IMG/VR virus record: IMGVR_UViG_3300025000_000097
Location: 1 to 63,432 of that record
Source of the DNA: a virus
Lineage: Duplodnaviria > Caudoviricetes
Length of the DNA: 63,432 nt
Direction: 5' to 3' (one strand)
Both the position numbers and the translations under genes were made by a program. Under the pieces are notes generated by a model. The model was given only the letters and a program-made list of their open reading frames with translations, did not search any database and had not been told where the DNA came from. This document shows, piece by piece, positions 1-9,735 of this stretch (positions are counted from its first letter, which is position 1; every line of letters starts with the position of its first letter).

Positions 1-104
1 TCTTACAGGTTCCATCCGCATTCTTCATCGGCTTGCCCTGGGGGTCCAGCAGCACCCCGGCTGGCGGCTTATCTCCACCGAGTGCGCCTTCTGGATTGCC
101 TATG
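1..104. repeat. terminal direct repeat, left copy (circular-assembly overlap)
   Basis: 1-104 matches 63329-63432 with one mismatch at position 5; 6-104 is an exact 99-nt overlap. Confidence 0.95.
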
Positions 105-1528
105 TCGCCCAGGCTTGGGCCTTCCTCATCGATCAGCGCCTGATCTGCCTCAATATCATACTCCTCACTGAGCACGCCCCGCCGTACGAGCTCCGTGCAG
201 TAGGCAGTGCGGCTTATGTCCTTACGTGCCCGCCCTTTATCCAGAGCATCGAGGTCAGGCTGATTGCCCATGTTGCTGGTCAGGTCACACTCAAACATGA
301 TGCTACCAGAATCGACGTCAGGAGTGCCCAGCCAGGCCAGGGTGAACTTGATTGCCTGCTCCAAGGCATCGCTCAGGTCCTCGCCCATAGATTCCAGGAT
401 GGCTGCGCTCTGCGATGTATCGATGGCCTTCGCGGTCGCTGTCACATTCCCTGTCTTGGGCATGATCGGCTCCAATGCGCATATCTTCATCTGATTCTCG
501 AGGTCCTCGAGGTCCTGATGGCCTGCTTCGATCGCCTTGCCTGTGTGCTCGACGAAAGTGAGCTTCGACTGCGGGTCGCTGTTGGTCACCATGGTGTTCG
601 GGCCTACAGCCAGCTTGTTGTTGCTGCCGTCAGACTCGAATCCGGCGCCGAAGAGGATCGGTACGCGGGCAACGTGCAGGATGTTCCGCTGATCGCTGCT
701 CGACTGCCAGTGTGCCAGGTTGAGCTCGGCCAGCTTGGCCAGGGGTGGCTCACCGGTCATGAACCCCGTCCGCTTGGTGTAGACCGGGACTAGCGGGATG
801 AAGTCCAGGGTGGTCACCCCGCTCTTCACGATAGCCCAGTCGCCAGCATCGTTTACGCGCCAGGTCTCCCATCTCCCGGGATAGAGTACCTTGACCTGAT
901 CTATATTGGTAGTGCCCCAATCGCCGTTTTGTTCCTCAACGTGCTCCATGATCTGCAACCTGGCCAGACGTTCCTGCCCGTTGATTACCTCTGTCCGCCA
1001 GTTGATGACATTCTCCTGCTTGACATGCACCCAGAACGGACGCACGCCAGCAGCCTTCTCATCGGCCTTGCTCATAACAGGAGGTTCTGCGCCTTCCTCG
1101 GCAGCAGGATCAGCCTGCAAGGCCATGCCTGCATAGTCTACCAGCAGGTAGTCGACCCCGGGCTGAAGAGCACTTTCAAAGAGGTCACGCACGAAGCGTC
1201 GCAGGTCACGCCCTGTCAGATCGATATCTGCAAATAACGCCTCCACCTCGCCGGGTATCTTCTCCAGCTTGATGCCGTTACGGAACAGGCGCCCTACCAT
1301 CTCCTCTATGGTCATGCCATACTTGTTGAAGAGAAAGGTCCGCGCTAGGCGGTTCTTGTAGAGGTCGTCAGTTTCCTTCGGCTCCTGGGGGAGGAACTCC
1401 TTCCCGGCAGCCCGCATCCCATATGTTCCGGCCATCAGTGTTCTCGGAAGCTGTGCTGCTATCATCATCGCGTTGTGTGCAGCATTAGGCGTGCTCACAT
1501 TTGGCTTGTCTTCGGTCTTCTTGCTCAT
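1..1528 (-). CDS. portal protein (DUF4055-like), 5' part; continues across the origin to 63270
   Basis: Absent from the ORF track because it wraps. ATG at 1528 after AGGAG; MSKKTEDKPNVSTPNAAH...AGKEFLPQEPKETDDLYKNRLARTFLFN; lies between TerL and MuF; 528 aa when joined. Confidence 0.85.
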   Translation of the reverse strand, partial: MSKKTEDKPNVSTPNAAHNAMMIAAQLPRTLMAGTYGMRAAGKEFLPQEPKETDDLYKNRLARTFLFNKYGMTIEEMVGRLFRNGIKLEKIPGEVEALFADIDLTGRDLRRFVRDLFESALQPGVDYLLVDYAGMALQADPAAEEGAEPPVMSKADEKAAGVRPFWVHVKQENVINWRTEVINGQERLARLQIMEHVEEQNGDWGTTNIDQVKVLYPGRWETWRVNDAGDWAIVKSGVTTLDFIPLVPVYTKRTGFMTGEPPLAKLAELNLAHWQSSSDQRNILHVARVPILFGAGFESDGSNNKLAVGPNTMVTNSDPQSKLTFVEHTGKAIEAGHQDLEDLENQMKICALEPIMPKTGNVTATAKAIDTSQSAAILESMGEDLSDALEQAIKFTLAWLGTPDVDSGSIMFECDLTSNMGNQPDLDALDKGRARKDISRTAYCTELVRRGVLSEEYDIEADQALIDEEGPSLGDIGNPEGALGGDKPPAGVLLDPQGKPMKNADGTCK

Positions 1529-1543
1529 GAGGTCATCTCCTTG

Positions 1544-1747
1544 TTAGCAGGTATATCCATATGTGGAGCTCAGTAGGTAGTTATCAAGTGGCTGCTCGGG
1601 CTCGGTATCGTAGCAGCCCTCCTTCAGGGCCCTGATGCACATCCCGCAGTGCTGCTGGCTCCAACCGTGTTCTGTGCAGGTGGCATCCATTAGCTGCTGT
1701 GCATCGAGGTTGGCCCCTTCGTGCAGGGCGTGCATCATGGGTATCAT
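1544..1747 (-). CDS. hypothetical protein
   Basis: ATGA overlap with the TerL stop codon. Confidence 0.5.
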   Translation of the reverse strand: MIPMMHALHEGANLDAQQLMDATCTEHGWSQQHCGMCIRALKEGCYDTEPEQPLDNYLLSSTYGYTC

Positions 1748-4275
1748 ATGTTGAGCTCGCTTGAGCCTGATTCTGCAGTCCGCTTGTAGATTCTGTACCG
1801 AGTCTCGTCGCCGCAGTTGTGGACTAATAACCCATTTGACAATGTAAAGGCGTGATAGTTAGGAACATTTAGGCAGTATACATCGGCATTAGTATCCGGC
1901 AACACATGCACCACGTCTAAGTTTCCAACGCAGCTTTGCTCCACAGCTTCTACTACAGGTCTTAGTGAAAAGATACTTGTTAACAGTAAATGGAGCGCTG
2001 CAAATGATACAGACACGATCTTCATTGTCTGTTCCAGCGGCACCGCGTGCTGCCGTTTTACAGGCATTGGAGCAGTATTTAAACTGTGCCCAATTAGTAG
2101 CCTTAACTGTTTTAATGGCGCCACAATGCATGCAAGCCATCTGTTTTTCAGGCATAAGTTGCCCGTTGCGTTTACCTTGCTCACTGTGCCAGGCCAATCC
2201 TTCAGGCGACCCGTGCCATGTGGCAGCAGCCATTCGGGCCGTATCTGAGAGTTTGTTATTTGTTCTGCTACCCGTGTGTAATGAGGCATGCTCACTATTT
2301 GTGCATAAGTTAAGGTTTGAAGACTGGTTATTGCTCTTATTTTCATCATCGTGATGCACTGTAAAACCTTCTGGAATTGGCCCATGATGATACGTATAAA
2401 CCACCCTGTGTAATCGGATACCATCATGCTGAAAGTAAGGCCCGCAAAGGTAGTACTTAATACCAGCGAACTCTTGGATTGTAGCGCTGATTTGAAATGG
2501 CTCCACAATAACCTCCTAATAGAAACGTTATAAATATTATAACATGTTTCATTAGATAAGTAAAGCGCTTCTTTCCATCCATCTTTCGTCATGAAGAGGT
2601 GATCTGGGGTACAGCGCACATGGGATCCGTCTGAAAGAGTAACCGTTACGGTCTCTGCTTGTTGCTTTACTAGTTGACAGTTATCATACGGCGCCCAGAT
2701 ACCACCGGCAGTAAGCACGCAGCCTGTTGTGCCCACCAATTCTAGCAGGGTCTTAACGCCAGCAGCAGTAAGTATGGTGGTATCCCCTGTGAAGCAATGG
2801 TCCTCGCACTTGGTGTCCACATCATCTGGCTTATCGGTATCACGAGGCATCATGGGGACGGTCCTGATCCACCCGCGACACGTGTTGAACACGAACAGCC
2901 CTGGTTCTTCCATCGGAGTGGTCCGATAGATAGGGTTCATGTGCTCATCCTTATCCAGTGCGCTGCTCAGGAGGTTCCTCAGCAGTTCCCACCCGGCACG
3001 CCGTGATCCAGGGCTCTTGTTGGCAGGCAACCAGGTCACGCCTTCCTTCTTCATCTCTGCAGCGATGCTCTTACCATCGAGCACGTCGAATATCGATGAG
3101 TCAGCCGGCCCTGGTTTCGGCTTCGTCTTGATGAACCCACCTTGGAGCATAGCAGTCTCACGCTCAACGATCCCCTTGGCGATATCCTTGGTCAGCATCT
3201 CCAGACCGACGTTGGGCTGATCCTCCTTGCAGCCGTACCATTCATTGATACGGAACAAGGTGCCCTTAGGCCAGGACTTAAACTGCGGACTGACTCGCCC
3301 GGTCATCGGATTCTGTGTGTTGCCGCAGTGGATGAGCGTCCCATCCGATTCTGCCCACCAACCGATGCTGAAGGGCTTGCTGCTGCCATAGTCGAAGGAT
3401 CGATCGATGCGCCAGGAGTGCGGAATGTTGAAGGGCTCGATCTCGTGCACAGCCTGATTGTACCACGCGCCGAGGATCGAGCCTGCCGTGATGTTCCAAT
3501 CCCCCTCTAGCCAGGCTTTCCGCTTATTCTCATCCTTGATCCCCATCAGCTTCGCGATGTACAGTGGATCGTTGTCGACCAGCTTCCTATTCTCTCGCCA
3601 GTCGCCGTGGATGTAGCAGCGACGCATATAAATCTTCTCGCCTGTGAGCGGATGGATGAAGGTCTCGATTACAGGCTTCTTCGCTGGGCCCTGATCGATG
3701 AACCGAGCCTTCACCCAGTGATGACCGATGCCGAAGGGGTTGCACGTGCCACCGTAGAAGCGAGGCATGGGCAGGATTCCAGGGGGCGCTTCATATGAGG
3801 ACCTGTTACAGGACTTCATGCTGTCGTAACAGCCGCTGTCTGCCCAGTTGGTAAGCTCCTCCCAGCCGATGAACGGATACTCATGACCGTGGTAGTTCCA
3901 ATAATCGATCGCGTTGTCCATGTAGCGGAAGAGGAGTGTCTCACCCCCAGGGAACTCCCACTGATGCTCGCTCTTGTTGTACCGTGCGAAAGGGAATATC
4001 TGCTTGAACCACTTCTGGCTCTTTGCAATGACGTCAGACAGCTGCTTGTAGGTCTTGCGAAAGATGATCCCTCTCCAGGCCTCTCCGTAGCCCTCGCCCA
4101 CGTGCTGTGCGAACTTCATCAGGAGAGCATCGGTCTTCCCGGGGCCTCGCGTGCCCGCGTACAGTACCTCTTCATAGGGGCACGTGAGAAATGAGACCTG
4201 GGAGCCTGGTTGGGGCTCCCAGATGATGATCGGGTCTGGTACGTGGATAAGTTGTTTGTCCTGGGGGGCTTCCAC
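1744..4275 (-). CDS. terL: terminase large subunit containing an intein
   Basis: Walker A GTRGPGKT, Walker B IGWEELT, GTCNP motif, nuclease motifs DYGSSKPF and EDH|CGDETRY (split by the intein). Confidence 0.95.
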   Translation of the reverse strand: MEAPQDKQLIHVPDPIIIWEPQPGSQVSFLTCPYEEVLYAGTRGPGKTDALLMKFAQHVGEGYGEAWRGIIFRKTYKQLSDVIAKSQKWFKQIFPFARYNKSEHQWEFPGGETLLFRYMDNAIDYWNYHGHEYPFIGWEELTNWADSGCYDSMKSCNRSSYEAPPGILPMPRFYGGTCNPFGIGHHWVKARFIDQGPAKKPVIETFIHPLTGEKIYMRRCYIHGDWRENRKLVDNDPLYIAKLMGIKDENKRKAWLEGDWNITAGSILGAWYNQAVHEIEPFNIPHSWRIDRSFDYGSSKPFSIGWWAESDGTLIHCGNTQNPMTGRVSPQFKSWPKGTLFRINEWYGCKEDQPNVGLEMLTKDIAKGIVERETAMLQGGFIKTKPKPGPADSSIFDVLDGKSIAAEMKKEGVTWLPANKSPGSRRAGWELLRNLLSSALDKDEHMNPIYRTTPMEEPGLFVFNTCRGWIRTVPMMPRDTDKPDDVDTKCEDHCFTGDTTILTAAGVKTLLELVGTTGCVLTAGGIWAPYDNCQLVKQQAETVTVTLSDGSHVRCTPDHLFMTKDGWKEALYLSNETCYNIYNVSIRRLLWSHFKSALQSKSSLVLSTTFAGLTFSMMVSDYTGWFIRIIMGQFQKVLQCITMMKIRAITSLQTLTYAQIVSMPHYTRVAEQITNSQIRPEWLLPHGTGRLKDWPGTVSKVNATGNLCLKNRWLACIVAPLKQLRLLIGHSLNTAPMPVKRQHAVPLEQTMKIVSVSFAALHLLLTSIFSLRPVVEAVEQSCVGNLDVVHVLPDTNADVYCLNVPNYHAFTLSNGLLVHNCGDETRYRIYKRTAESGSSELNI
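1889..2506 (-). CDS. HNH homing endonuclease with CxxC zinc fingers, nested out of frame in the intein
   Basis: RLHRVVY...GPIPEGFTVHHDDENKSNNQSSNL...EHASLH; CMHC, YCSNAC, CIIC, TCSRSC; GTG start after AGGAGGT. Confidence 0.9.
   Translation of the reverse strand: MEPFQISATIQEFAGIKYYLCGPYFQHDGIRLHRVVYTYHHGPIPEGFTVHHDDENKSNNQSSNLNLCTNSEHASLHTGSRTNNKLSDTARMAAATWHGSPEGLAWHSEQGKRNGQLMPEKQMACMHCGAIKTVKATNWAQFKYCSNACKTAARGAAGTDNEDRVCIICSAPFTVNKYLFTKTCSRSCGAKLRWKLRRGACVAGY
2511..2564 (-). promoter_or_regulatory. sigma70-type promoter and RBS for the nested HNH gene
   Basis: TTTACT-17nt-TATAAT with extended -10 TG; inverted repeat GTTATAA-ATA-TTATAAC over the -10; SD at 2511-2517. Confidence 0.75.
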
Positions 4276-4509
4276 TTACTTCTTGCTCCGCGGCTTGAAC
4301 AGTGAACCGCCAGCTGATTTATAACCCTCACGGAATGTGGTTTTACCTGCTGTGAAGTCGCGTATATTCTTAGATGCCACTCTACCTTGTAGCCTACCTA
4401 AGGACTTTGCCTCATTGCTGGCGGTGGACTTCCCGAAGCGCACCTTAGCAGTTGAGCTCCCACCTTTGCCTGCTGCGAACCATCCCTTGCTGTCGTGATT
4501 CTTGTTCAT
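4276..4509 (-). CDS. small basic hypothetical protein
   Basis: GGAGGAG RBS; coupled between TerS and TerL. Confidence 0.7.
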   Translation of the reverse strand: MNKNHDSKGWFAAGKGGSSTAKVRFGKSTASNEAKSLGRLQGRVASKNIRDFTAGKTTFREGYKSAGGSLFKPRSKK

Positions 4510-5201
4510 GGCTCCTCCTCCAGGTCTACTGTGTCGATAAGATTCTCTTGTGCTGCTCCAGCCTCAGTTATGCCCTCTTCCTCTTCCCACTGCTGGATGC
4601 TCGGCCGGTTCGGAACGCGAAGGACGCCTCCGATCTGTTTGCTCGGGTCGTCTACCTTGTCCCGGAACATAGCCATAGTCTTGCCTAGCAGTTCGAGCGC
4701 CTTCAGCTGATCGTGAGTCTTAACCTCTAACTTCGTGCCTCCACCTTTGATCTTTGTCTCTGTAACAGAGTGAATGCCCGCAGACTCGTGAGGCAGTAGC
4801 TGATTGAGGTCTCTCAATGTTACCTTATTCTTCTCCCACGTCATGATCTCAGCAACGTCGGCAAAGGCGATCGCTGCTATTGCATTGAGTACCTTGTCTG
4901 GGCTCACTTTGCAGCGGTCGGCCCGAGCATCCATGCCAGCCTGGATCGCCTCGAGTATCTCTGGCTTCTGCATAAGCTGGTGGGCTGTGCTTGACGCAGT
5001 GTGCTCGGAATAACCCGCAAAGATTGCTGCTCGCTTCTGGCCACCATGTAGATGCCCCCAACGCAGCATACCGTTAACGAATCCTCGCCGCATAACAACA
5101 GAGCCCAGCTCTTTGTCGAGGGTCTCGCGAGCAGTTCTGGCACGCTTCTCTTTGTTGGTCTCGGGCTGCTCAGGTGCTGAATTTATTGTTTGGTCGCTCA
5201 T
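4506..5201 (-). CDS. terS: terminase small subunit
   Basis: AAIFAGYSEHTASSTAHQLMQKPEI HTH and HDQLKALELLGK motif; upstream of TerL; likely start MSDQ. Confidence 0.9.
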   Translation of the reverse strand: MSDQTINSAPEQPETNKEKRARTARETLDKELGSVVMRRGFVNGMLRWGHLHGGQKRAAIFAGYSEHTASSTAHQLMQKPEILEAIQAGMDARADRCKVSPDKVLNAIAAIAFADVAEIMTWEKNKVTLRDLNQLLPHESAGIHSVTETKIKGGGTKLEVKTHDQLKALELLGKTMAMFRDKVDDPSKQIGGVLRVPNRPSIQQWEEEEGITEAGAAQENLIDTVDLEEEP

Positions 5202-5443
5202 ATGGTTTATTTTAGCATGATCGCACGCCAATGTAAGCGACTATTATTGATAGACTAAAAGTAATTCTTCTTGACCTCTTCCCTGGGGTTCCGCTCCTCT
5301 CTTTCCTTAAGTGCTCAAATGCGCAATGACTATTACCGACTATCGTTGATAAAGGACTGATTTAGTCTTAATAGCTCATATACGTAAGGAAATATTTTTC
5401 ACTACTTCAAAAACTTTTCGGAATTCCAATTCACTCGGGACTT

Positions 5444-5600
5444 GACCCCAGGGTAAAGCGACGCATAAAATACATTGCTTCCTCCACAATATTTAGGATA
5501 AGTCACTGATTTCATTACACTAAATACGCAAAATACGATAATACACACTTTTCTAAAAAAAATGTATTTAATACACTCTATAAAAATTCTTCCTATATAT
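5444..5600. repeat. AT-rich intergenic imperfect direct repeat, copy 1 (copy 2 at about 34261-34408)
   Basis: Shared blocks ACCCCAGG, AATATTTA.GATAAGTCA, TAAATACGCAAAATAC.ATAATA..CACTTT, CCTATATAT. Confidence 0.7.
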
Positions 5601-5704
5601 ACAACCGAGCTTTTAAATATGAACAATTACAAAAATAGGTATTTACAAGTGTAATGTCACACGCTATTATAAATAGACATTAACTATACTTTCGGAGGTA
5701 AATC

Positions 5705-6202
5705 GTGCTTTTTCATCTGTATCTCACAGACCCACAGGTCGCACAGATTAAGTTGCAGGCTGAAGCGACGGGAGTCCAGGACGATCCCCGTCGCTTCATA
5801 TTCTGTTGCATGAGTTACCTGTACCAAGAGGGAGCAGTAGAGCTCCAAACTCCAGTATTGCGTCCTGATCGCTACAACATAATCAATCTTGGGCTCACAG
5901 CAACGTGGGCGTCGCGGCTCCAGATGATGGCAAATATGCATGGCATGTCTCGCACACATGTCATCGTTGCTGCAATCAAACGGCACTCAACCCATATCTG
6001 TGAAGAAGCAAAAGTCGACCCGCTACCATCGATATTGCACGCACCTGGAGTGCCTCCAAAGTGCCACACTAACTTTGACCGGGACTCAATAACGCATACA
6101 CCACGAGCAAGATGCCTCATCCCCCAGAAGCATCTCACGCGTTATTTTGACATGCGGGCTGCATACTACCTCGAGAAAAATAATACAATTACTGCAAAAT
6201 AA
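5705..6202 (+). CDS. putative ribbon-helix-helix DNA-binding protein
   Basis: GGAGG RBS, promoter TTTACA-17-TATTAT upstream; two RHH-like segments (NIINLGLT...LQMMANMHGMSRTHVI). Confidence 0.5.
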   Translation: MLFHLYLTDPQVAQIKLQAEATGVQDDPRRFIFCCMSYLYQEGAVELQTPVLRPDRYNIINLGLTATWASRLQMMANMHGMSRTHVIVAAIKRHSTHICEEAKVDPLPSILHAPGVPPKCHTNFDRDSITHTPRARCLIPQKHLTRYFDMRAAYYLEKNNTITAK

Positions 6203-6205
6203 ACG

Positions 6206-6234
6206 TGTACATTCTCCGAAAAGTACAGTATTAT
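6206..6234 (+). promoter_or_regulatory. TGTACA-family promoter
   Basis: TGTACA-17-TATTAT. Confidence 0.7.
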
Positions 6235-6277
6235 GTAATCATTGATGTAACAACAAAAAGGATTATAGGAGCCGATC

Positions 6278-6472
6278 ATGAGCGCAACAACAGCATACAT
6301 GGAAGCGGGAGGAAAGGTAGCAACCAAGATGGCAAGGCTGCAAGTTCTCCTATCCGAGCACTCCCGCAGGCAGTCAAAGGACCCTAAGAATTGGGGTCTG
6401 GTAGGTGATCTTAACCGCATAAATTCACACCTGGATGATTTACTTGAGGGCTTCGAGGGCTTCAAATCATGA
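6278..6472 (+). CDS. hypothetical phage protein
   Basis: GATTATAGGAG RBS; NWGLVGDL motif common in small phage proteins. Confidence 0.7.
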   Translation: MSATTAYMEAGGKVATKMARLQVLLSEHSRRQSKDPKNWGLVGDLNRINSHLDDLLEGFEGFKS

Positions 6473-6834
6473 CACTGGCAGCCCTTATCGAGATAAGGTT
6501 TCATGCTGTCCGCAAGCAATTAAGCAACCTTTATCCGAAGCTGGCGCGCTCCACGCGGTTCAAGCGCATGGCGTTAACCTTCGCAGAGGATGAGAATAGT
6601 CCCGCTGGACAGGCATGGAAGGATGGCATCATCGAGATAAATCTGGCATACTTCGATGCCTACCCCAAGACCATGATCCGCGAGGTGGTGCCACACGAGG
6701 TGGTACACGTGGCCGCGTACATCCTGCACGGCGAGAAGGGTTGGGGCCACAAGCCCCGGTGGAAAGCATTGATGCGTGCATTAGACCTGCCTGATGGCAG
6801 GATACCCAACTATCAAGATGAGGAGACATTATGA
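6469..6834 (+). CDS. SprT-like zinc metalloprotease
   Basis: AGQA...IEIN...VVPHEVVH...GHKPRWKALM. Confidence 0.85.
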   Translation: MTLAALIEIRFHAVRKQLSNLYPKLARSTRFKRMALTFAEDENSPAGQAWKDGIIEINLAYFDAYPKTMIREVVPHEVVHVAAYILHGEKGWGHKPRWKALMRALDLPDGRIPNYQDEETL

Positions 6835-7178
6835 ACAAATTCGAGCTAAAACTGGTATGGCGGGTGGACCCTAAACCAACAGGGCCATATAAGTCCTTTG
6901 AAAAAAGGCAGTGGCCATCCGCTTCGTATAGCAATGGATCGCCAGCATTTTCTATAGCTTGCGAGGAAGTATACACCCCCAGCGTAGCAAAGGAGGGCAA
7001 ACATGGCGCACTCACAATCCGTGTAGCGGACCATTCTGAGCACAATTGGCGATGGAAAACTATAGCACAGCGCGCAGCAACGTTAGAGGAGGCCAAGAAT
7101 ATAGCGAGCAGATTCTTATTCCGTCACCCAAAGGTGGCCCCCAGGGAGGTGCAGAATGAAGCGAAAGCCCAGAAATAG
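6831..7178 (+). CDS. hypothetical protein
   Basis: GAGGAG RBS; coupled to the SprT-like gene. Confidence 0.7.
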   Translation: MNKFELKLVWRVDPKPTGPYKSFEKRQWPSASYSNGSPAFSIACEEVYTPSVAKEGKHGALTIRVADHSEHNWRWKTIAQRAATLEEAKNIASRFLFRHPKVAPREVQNEAKAQK

Positions 7179-7413
7179 AGACCTAGAACAGATGCAGCGC
7201 ATGCAACAGCGTAGGCTACGGGAGGCCAAGCAGCTGGAGACCGTAAAGGCATTGCTACAGAGCGAGGACGACGATGATTGAGAACCTGTTACGAGCCCAG
7301 CTCGCCGTCAATACGGTGCTCATTGAGATGCTCCTGGGGATTAAACCCCTCACACACCGCGAGCGTAAGAGAATCAGATGGCAGGCTAAACAGAACAAGG
7401 AGGTAGAGCTCTG

Positions 7414-7692
7414 ATGTGCGGCGTGAAGGGTGCAGACAAGAACGGGCCTCGCTGGAAGGTGGTCAAGTACTGCCTCCACTGCGGTGCGCTCCTGGTGCAG
7501 CGGGAGGATGAGCCGAATCACAACTGGATCAAACGACTGACCTGCAACAAGGCTCACGGGGCTCTTGCCAAGCAGGCCAAGATCAGGGCCGAACAGGCTG
7601 GCCGCCTTAAAACGGAAGGAGAGCGCAGTGGACTCGTGACATATATCCCTGGCTCCCCCGAGTTCGAGGCTATTGCTTCGCTCTACCGCTAA
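7414..7692 (+). CDS. putative zinc-finger protein
   Basis: CLHCG...TCNKAH; AGGAGG upstream. Confidence 0.55.
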   Translation: MCGVKGADKNGPRWKVVKYCLHCGALLVQREDEPNHNWIKRLTCNKAHGALAKQAKIRAEQAGRLKTEGERSGLVTYIPGSPEFEAIASLYR

Positions 7693-7978
7693 GGTCCGTT
7701 GGCCAACCGCACCAAGGCCAGGATCGCTAAGACCTCATCAGGATCGCACGTCGTCACCTCAATGCACTCTGCCTCTGTGACGACGTGTAGATCGTTACGG
7801 GCTGCATACTCATAGACTGCATCCCTCAGTGCAAACCACGCACCCCGGTTGCATACCCCGTTCAGCCTGTTCGGTTCCAATATCACCTTGATCTGCGTAT
7901 TTTCAGCGCTCATGTTGTCAGCTCCTCCTCGCCCAGACTTACTGAATAAGTAATTATTGTAATTTCTGAAGGGACTCC

Positions 7979-8404
7979 TCATACCATCAGCTCCTTTACC
8001 AGCGCATCCCAATCCACTCGACCACTGCTATGGTATACCGCCCGAGAGCGGCAATCGTCCTTGGTCCAGGTCACACCCAGGTTCCTGGCAGCATGTCCAC
8101 CCCGGAAAAGGAATGTCTCTGCATCAGCCCGGAGAAGCACCCAGCACCTTCCTCCTGCAGTCGCCCGTCGCATCAGCCAGGCTCTCTGTCCACCGGTGAA
8201 ATGATCCACCTTGACCACAGTGGCATCACGCTTCGGGAGCTCCACACGCTTCAGCTCGATCCACCCGTCAGCGCCACCGATACAGTAATTAACGTCGGGC
8301 GTCCCTTCCTCGCAGCTATTCTCGATACGCACCAGGTCGTGAAAGGGTCGCTTCCCCAGGGCACGCTTGATCTCTGCCCAGAATCCGGATTCACGCTGAC
8401 TCAT
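7979..8404 (-). CDS. VRR-NUC / Holliday junction resolvase-like PD-(D/E)xK nuclease
   Basis: RIEN...GTPDVNYC...WIELK...Q.AWL...GG. Confidence 0.85.
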   Translation of the reverse strand: MSQRESGFWAEIKRALGKRPFHDLVRIENSCEEGTPDVNYCIGGADGWIELKRVELPKRDATVVKVDHFTGGQRAWLMRRATAGGRCWVLLRADAETFLFRGGHAARNLGVTWTKDDCRSRAVYHSSGRVDWDALVKELMV

Positions 8405-8670
8405 CGCAACCCCAGCTCTCGCAGCAGCTCCATGCGATCCTTGCGACCGAGCAGCTTGGTCTTCCCTGGGGTCTGTAGCTCCTGCCGTACCAGCGCGGCC
8501 CCGTACGACTTCAGACGCGCCTGCCAGTAGGGCAAGAATTTCTTGACCAGTGGCCTCATATCTCGTACCCCCGCAATGTGTGGTACCAGGCTAGATCAGT
8601 GTTCATGGCGTACCTCCGAAAAGTGCCTTCTCATATTCCGATGCTCATCCGCCACTTGGGGGCTTGGTCG

Positions 8671-8928
8671 TTAAATCGACTCAAAAACATGCCACACCAG
8701 TGCACCAAGCATTTGAGCGGCGCCAATGAATTTGCGGTTTGCAGGCACGATATAATTGCCGGTGCCGTGGATCTCAATAATTCTCATCTCTTTGTTACTA
8801 GCCGGGGAAACCAACGCCCACAAACAGAGGTCACCGTTTTGCATCTGAGCAGATAGAATTTCCGCTCCTATTGGCATTTCAACCCGCTGCACTTCAGTAA
8901 TTTTGATTGGAAATTTCCAAATGGTCAT
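8671..8928 (-). CDS. conserved phage protein (MTIWKFPI...LVWHVFE type)
   Basis: Internal ATG at 8928 after GGAG; recognisable small phage family. Confidence 0.7.
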   Translation of the reverse strand: MTIWKFPIKITEVQRVEMPIGAEILSAQMQNGDLCLWALVSPASNKEMRIIEIHGTGNYIVPANRKFIGAAQMLGALVWHVFESI

Positions 8929-9226
8929 CTTTGTTACTCCTTTCGCTTGTCGAGAGGTATTGATTTCTTCTTCGCTCGCATCCTCATAGACCATCGCAGG
9001 ATGCACCCGACCAGGAGTAAAACCGTGTGTGCCGTAGAGATTGACCCACTATGCTTCATGGAAGGGGTTAGCCGGGTCAGAGTGCCGGTGTGTTTTAATC
9101 AACACTTCACCCTTTACCTGTGTTGACCCGTACACGCCGGGATAAGCGGTTGCTGCATCAACTGTCTGAGATTCGTCAACGATGATAATTGCCACGATAG
9201 CCCTCCATGATGAAGAATTGAGACGG

Positions 9227-9284
9227 GCATAACCTGCCTATCGACCGGAACAAAGGTCGTCCGGTCATCGGCTAACCATTATCC
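9227..9284 (+). mobile_element. attC-like site 1 (degenerate R')
   Basis: GCATAAC-6-ATCGACC GGA...TCC GGTCAT...ATTATCC; extra C in L''. Confidence 0.45.
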
Positions 9285-9461
9285 GACTCTCTGCTCTTTG
9301 AAAATTTCGAGGTGAGCGGACGCCATGCCAATATTAGATTCTGCGCTAAGAAGGCGCCAATACTGGTCTTGTGTAAATCCCGGTGTTTTCCGCATTGCTG
9401 CAATTTTGGCTTTCAATGCAACAACGTCGGATAACAAATCATTGGACTCAGGTTTCGTCAT
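9279..9461 (-). CDS. hypothetical protein between attC-like sites
   Basis: AGGAAGGAG RBS lies inside attC-like site 2. Confidence 0.6.
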   Translation of the reverse strand: MTKPESNDLLSDVVALKAKIAAMRKTPGFTQDQYWRLLSAESNIGMASAHLEIFKEQRVG

Positions 9462-9507
9462 ACGCTTCGCTCCTTCCTCAACTGGTCAATTCAGCTTAGC
9501 GTTATTT
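9429..9507 (+). mobile_element. attC-like site 2
   Basis: GGATAAC-AAATC-ATTGGACT-CAG...CGCTTCGC...CTG-GTCAAT...GTTATTT. Confidence 0.55.
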
Positions 9508-9735
9508 TTGCCGCGCTTCGTATTCGGCTTCTGAACAAACCTCGGTTCCGCATTCAGCGCAGAAATACTGATGCCCGTGATCTTGAGGGTTCCCGCCTGG
9601 TAACCCATTGAGGATATATTGTGTCCTGTCCCATTCATGGCGGATTTTTGCTTCCGGGTGTTTTTCGCAAAACGAAGGCAACATTTTTCTCTCCGATCTC
9701 TGGCAAAAAATAACCAGAACATTCGACCCGTTCAA
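9502..9735 (-). CDS. hypothetical zinc-ribbon protein between attC-like sites
   Basis: FCEKH...YFCAECG; start uncertain. Confidence 0.55.
   Translation of the reverse strand: MNGSNVLVIFCQRSERKMLPSFCEKHPEAKIRHEWDRTQYILNGLPGGNPQDHGHQYFCAECGTEVCSEAEYEARQK

Larger units (their letters stand above)
1816..2796 (-). mobile_element. intein (327 aa) in the TerL nuclease domain
   Basis: Starts CFTGDT, block B TPDHLF, ends DVYCLNV...LLVHN followed by Cys+1. Confidence 0.93.

Noticed and set aside
1-104. Terminal repeat as a biological DTR
   Set aside because: The exact 99-nt overlap falls in the middle of the portal gene, which fits an assembler k-mer overlap of a circular contig
8929-9195. Second in-frame TAG (9049-9051) suggesting genome-wide amber recoding
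   Set aside because: TAG is a real stop for the portal (next ATG adjacent) and the tail chaperone, long genes have no internal TAG, and the downstream gene has its own RBS
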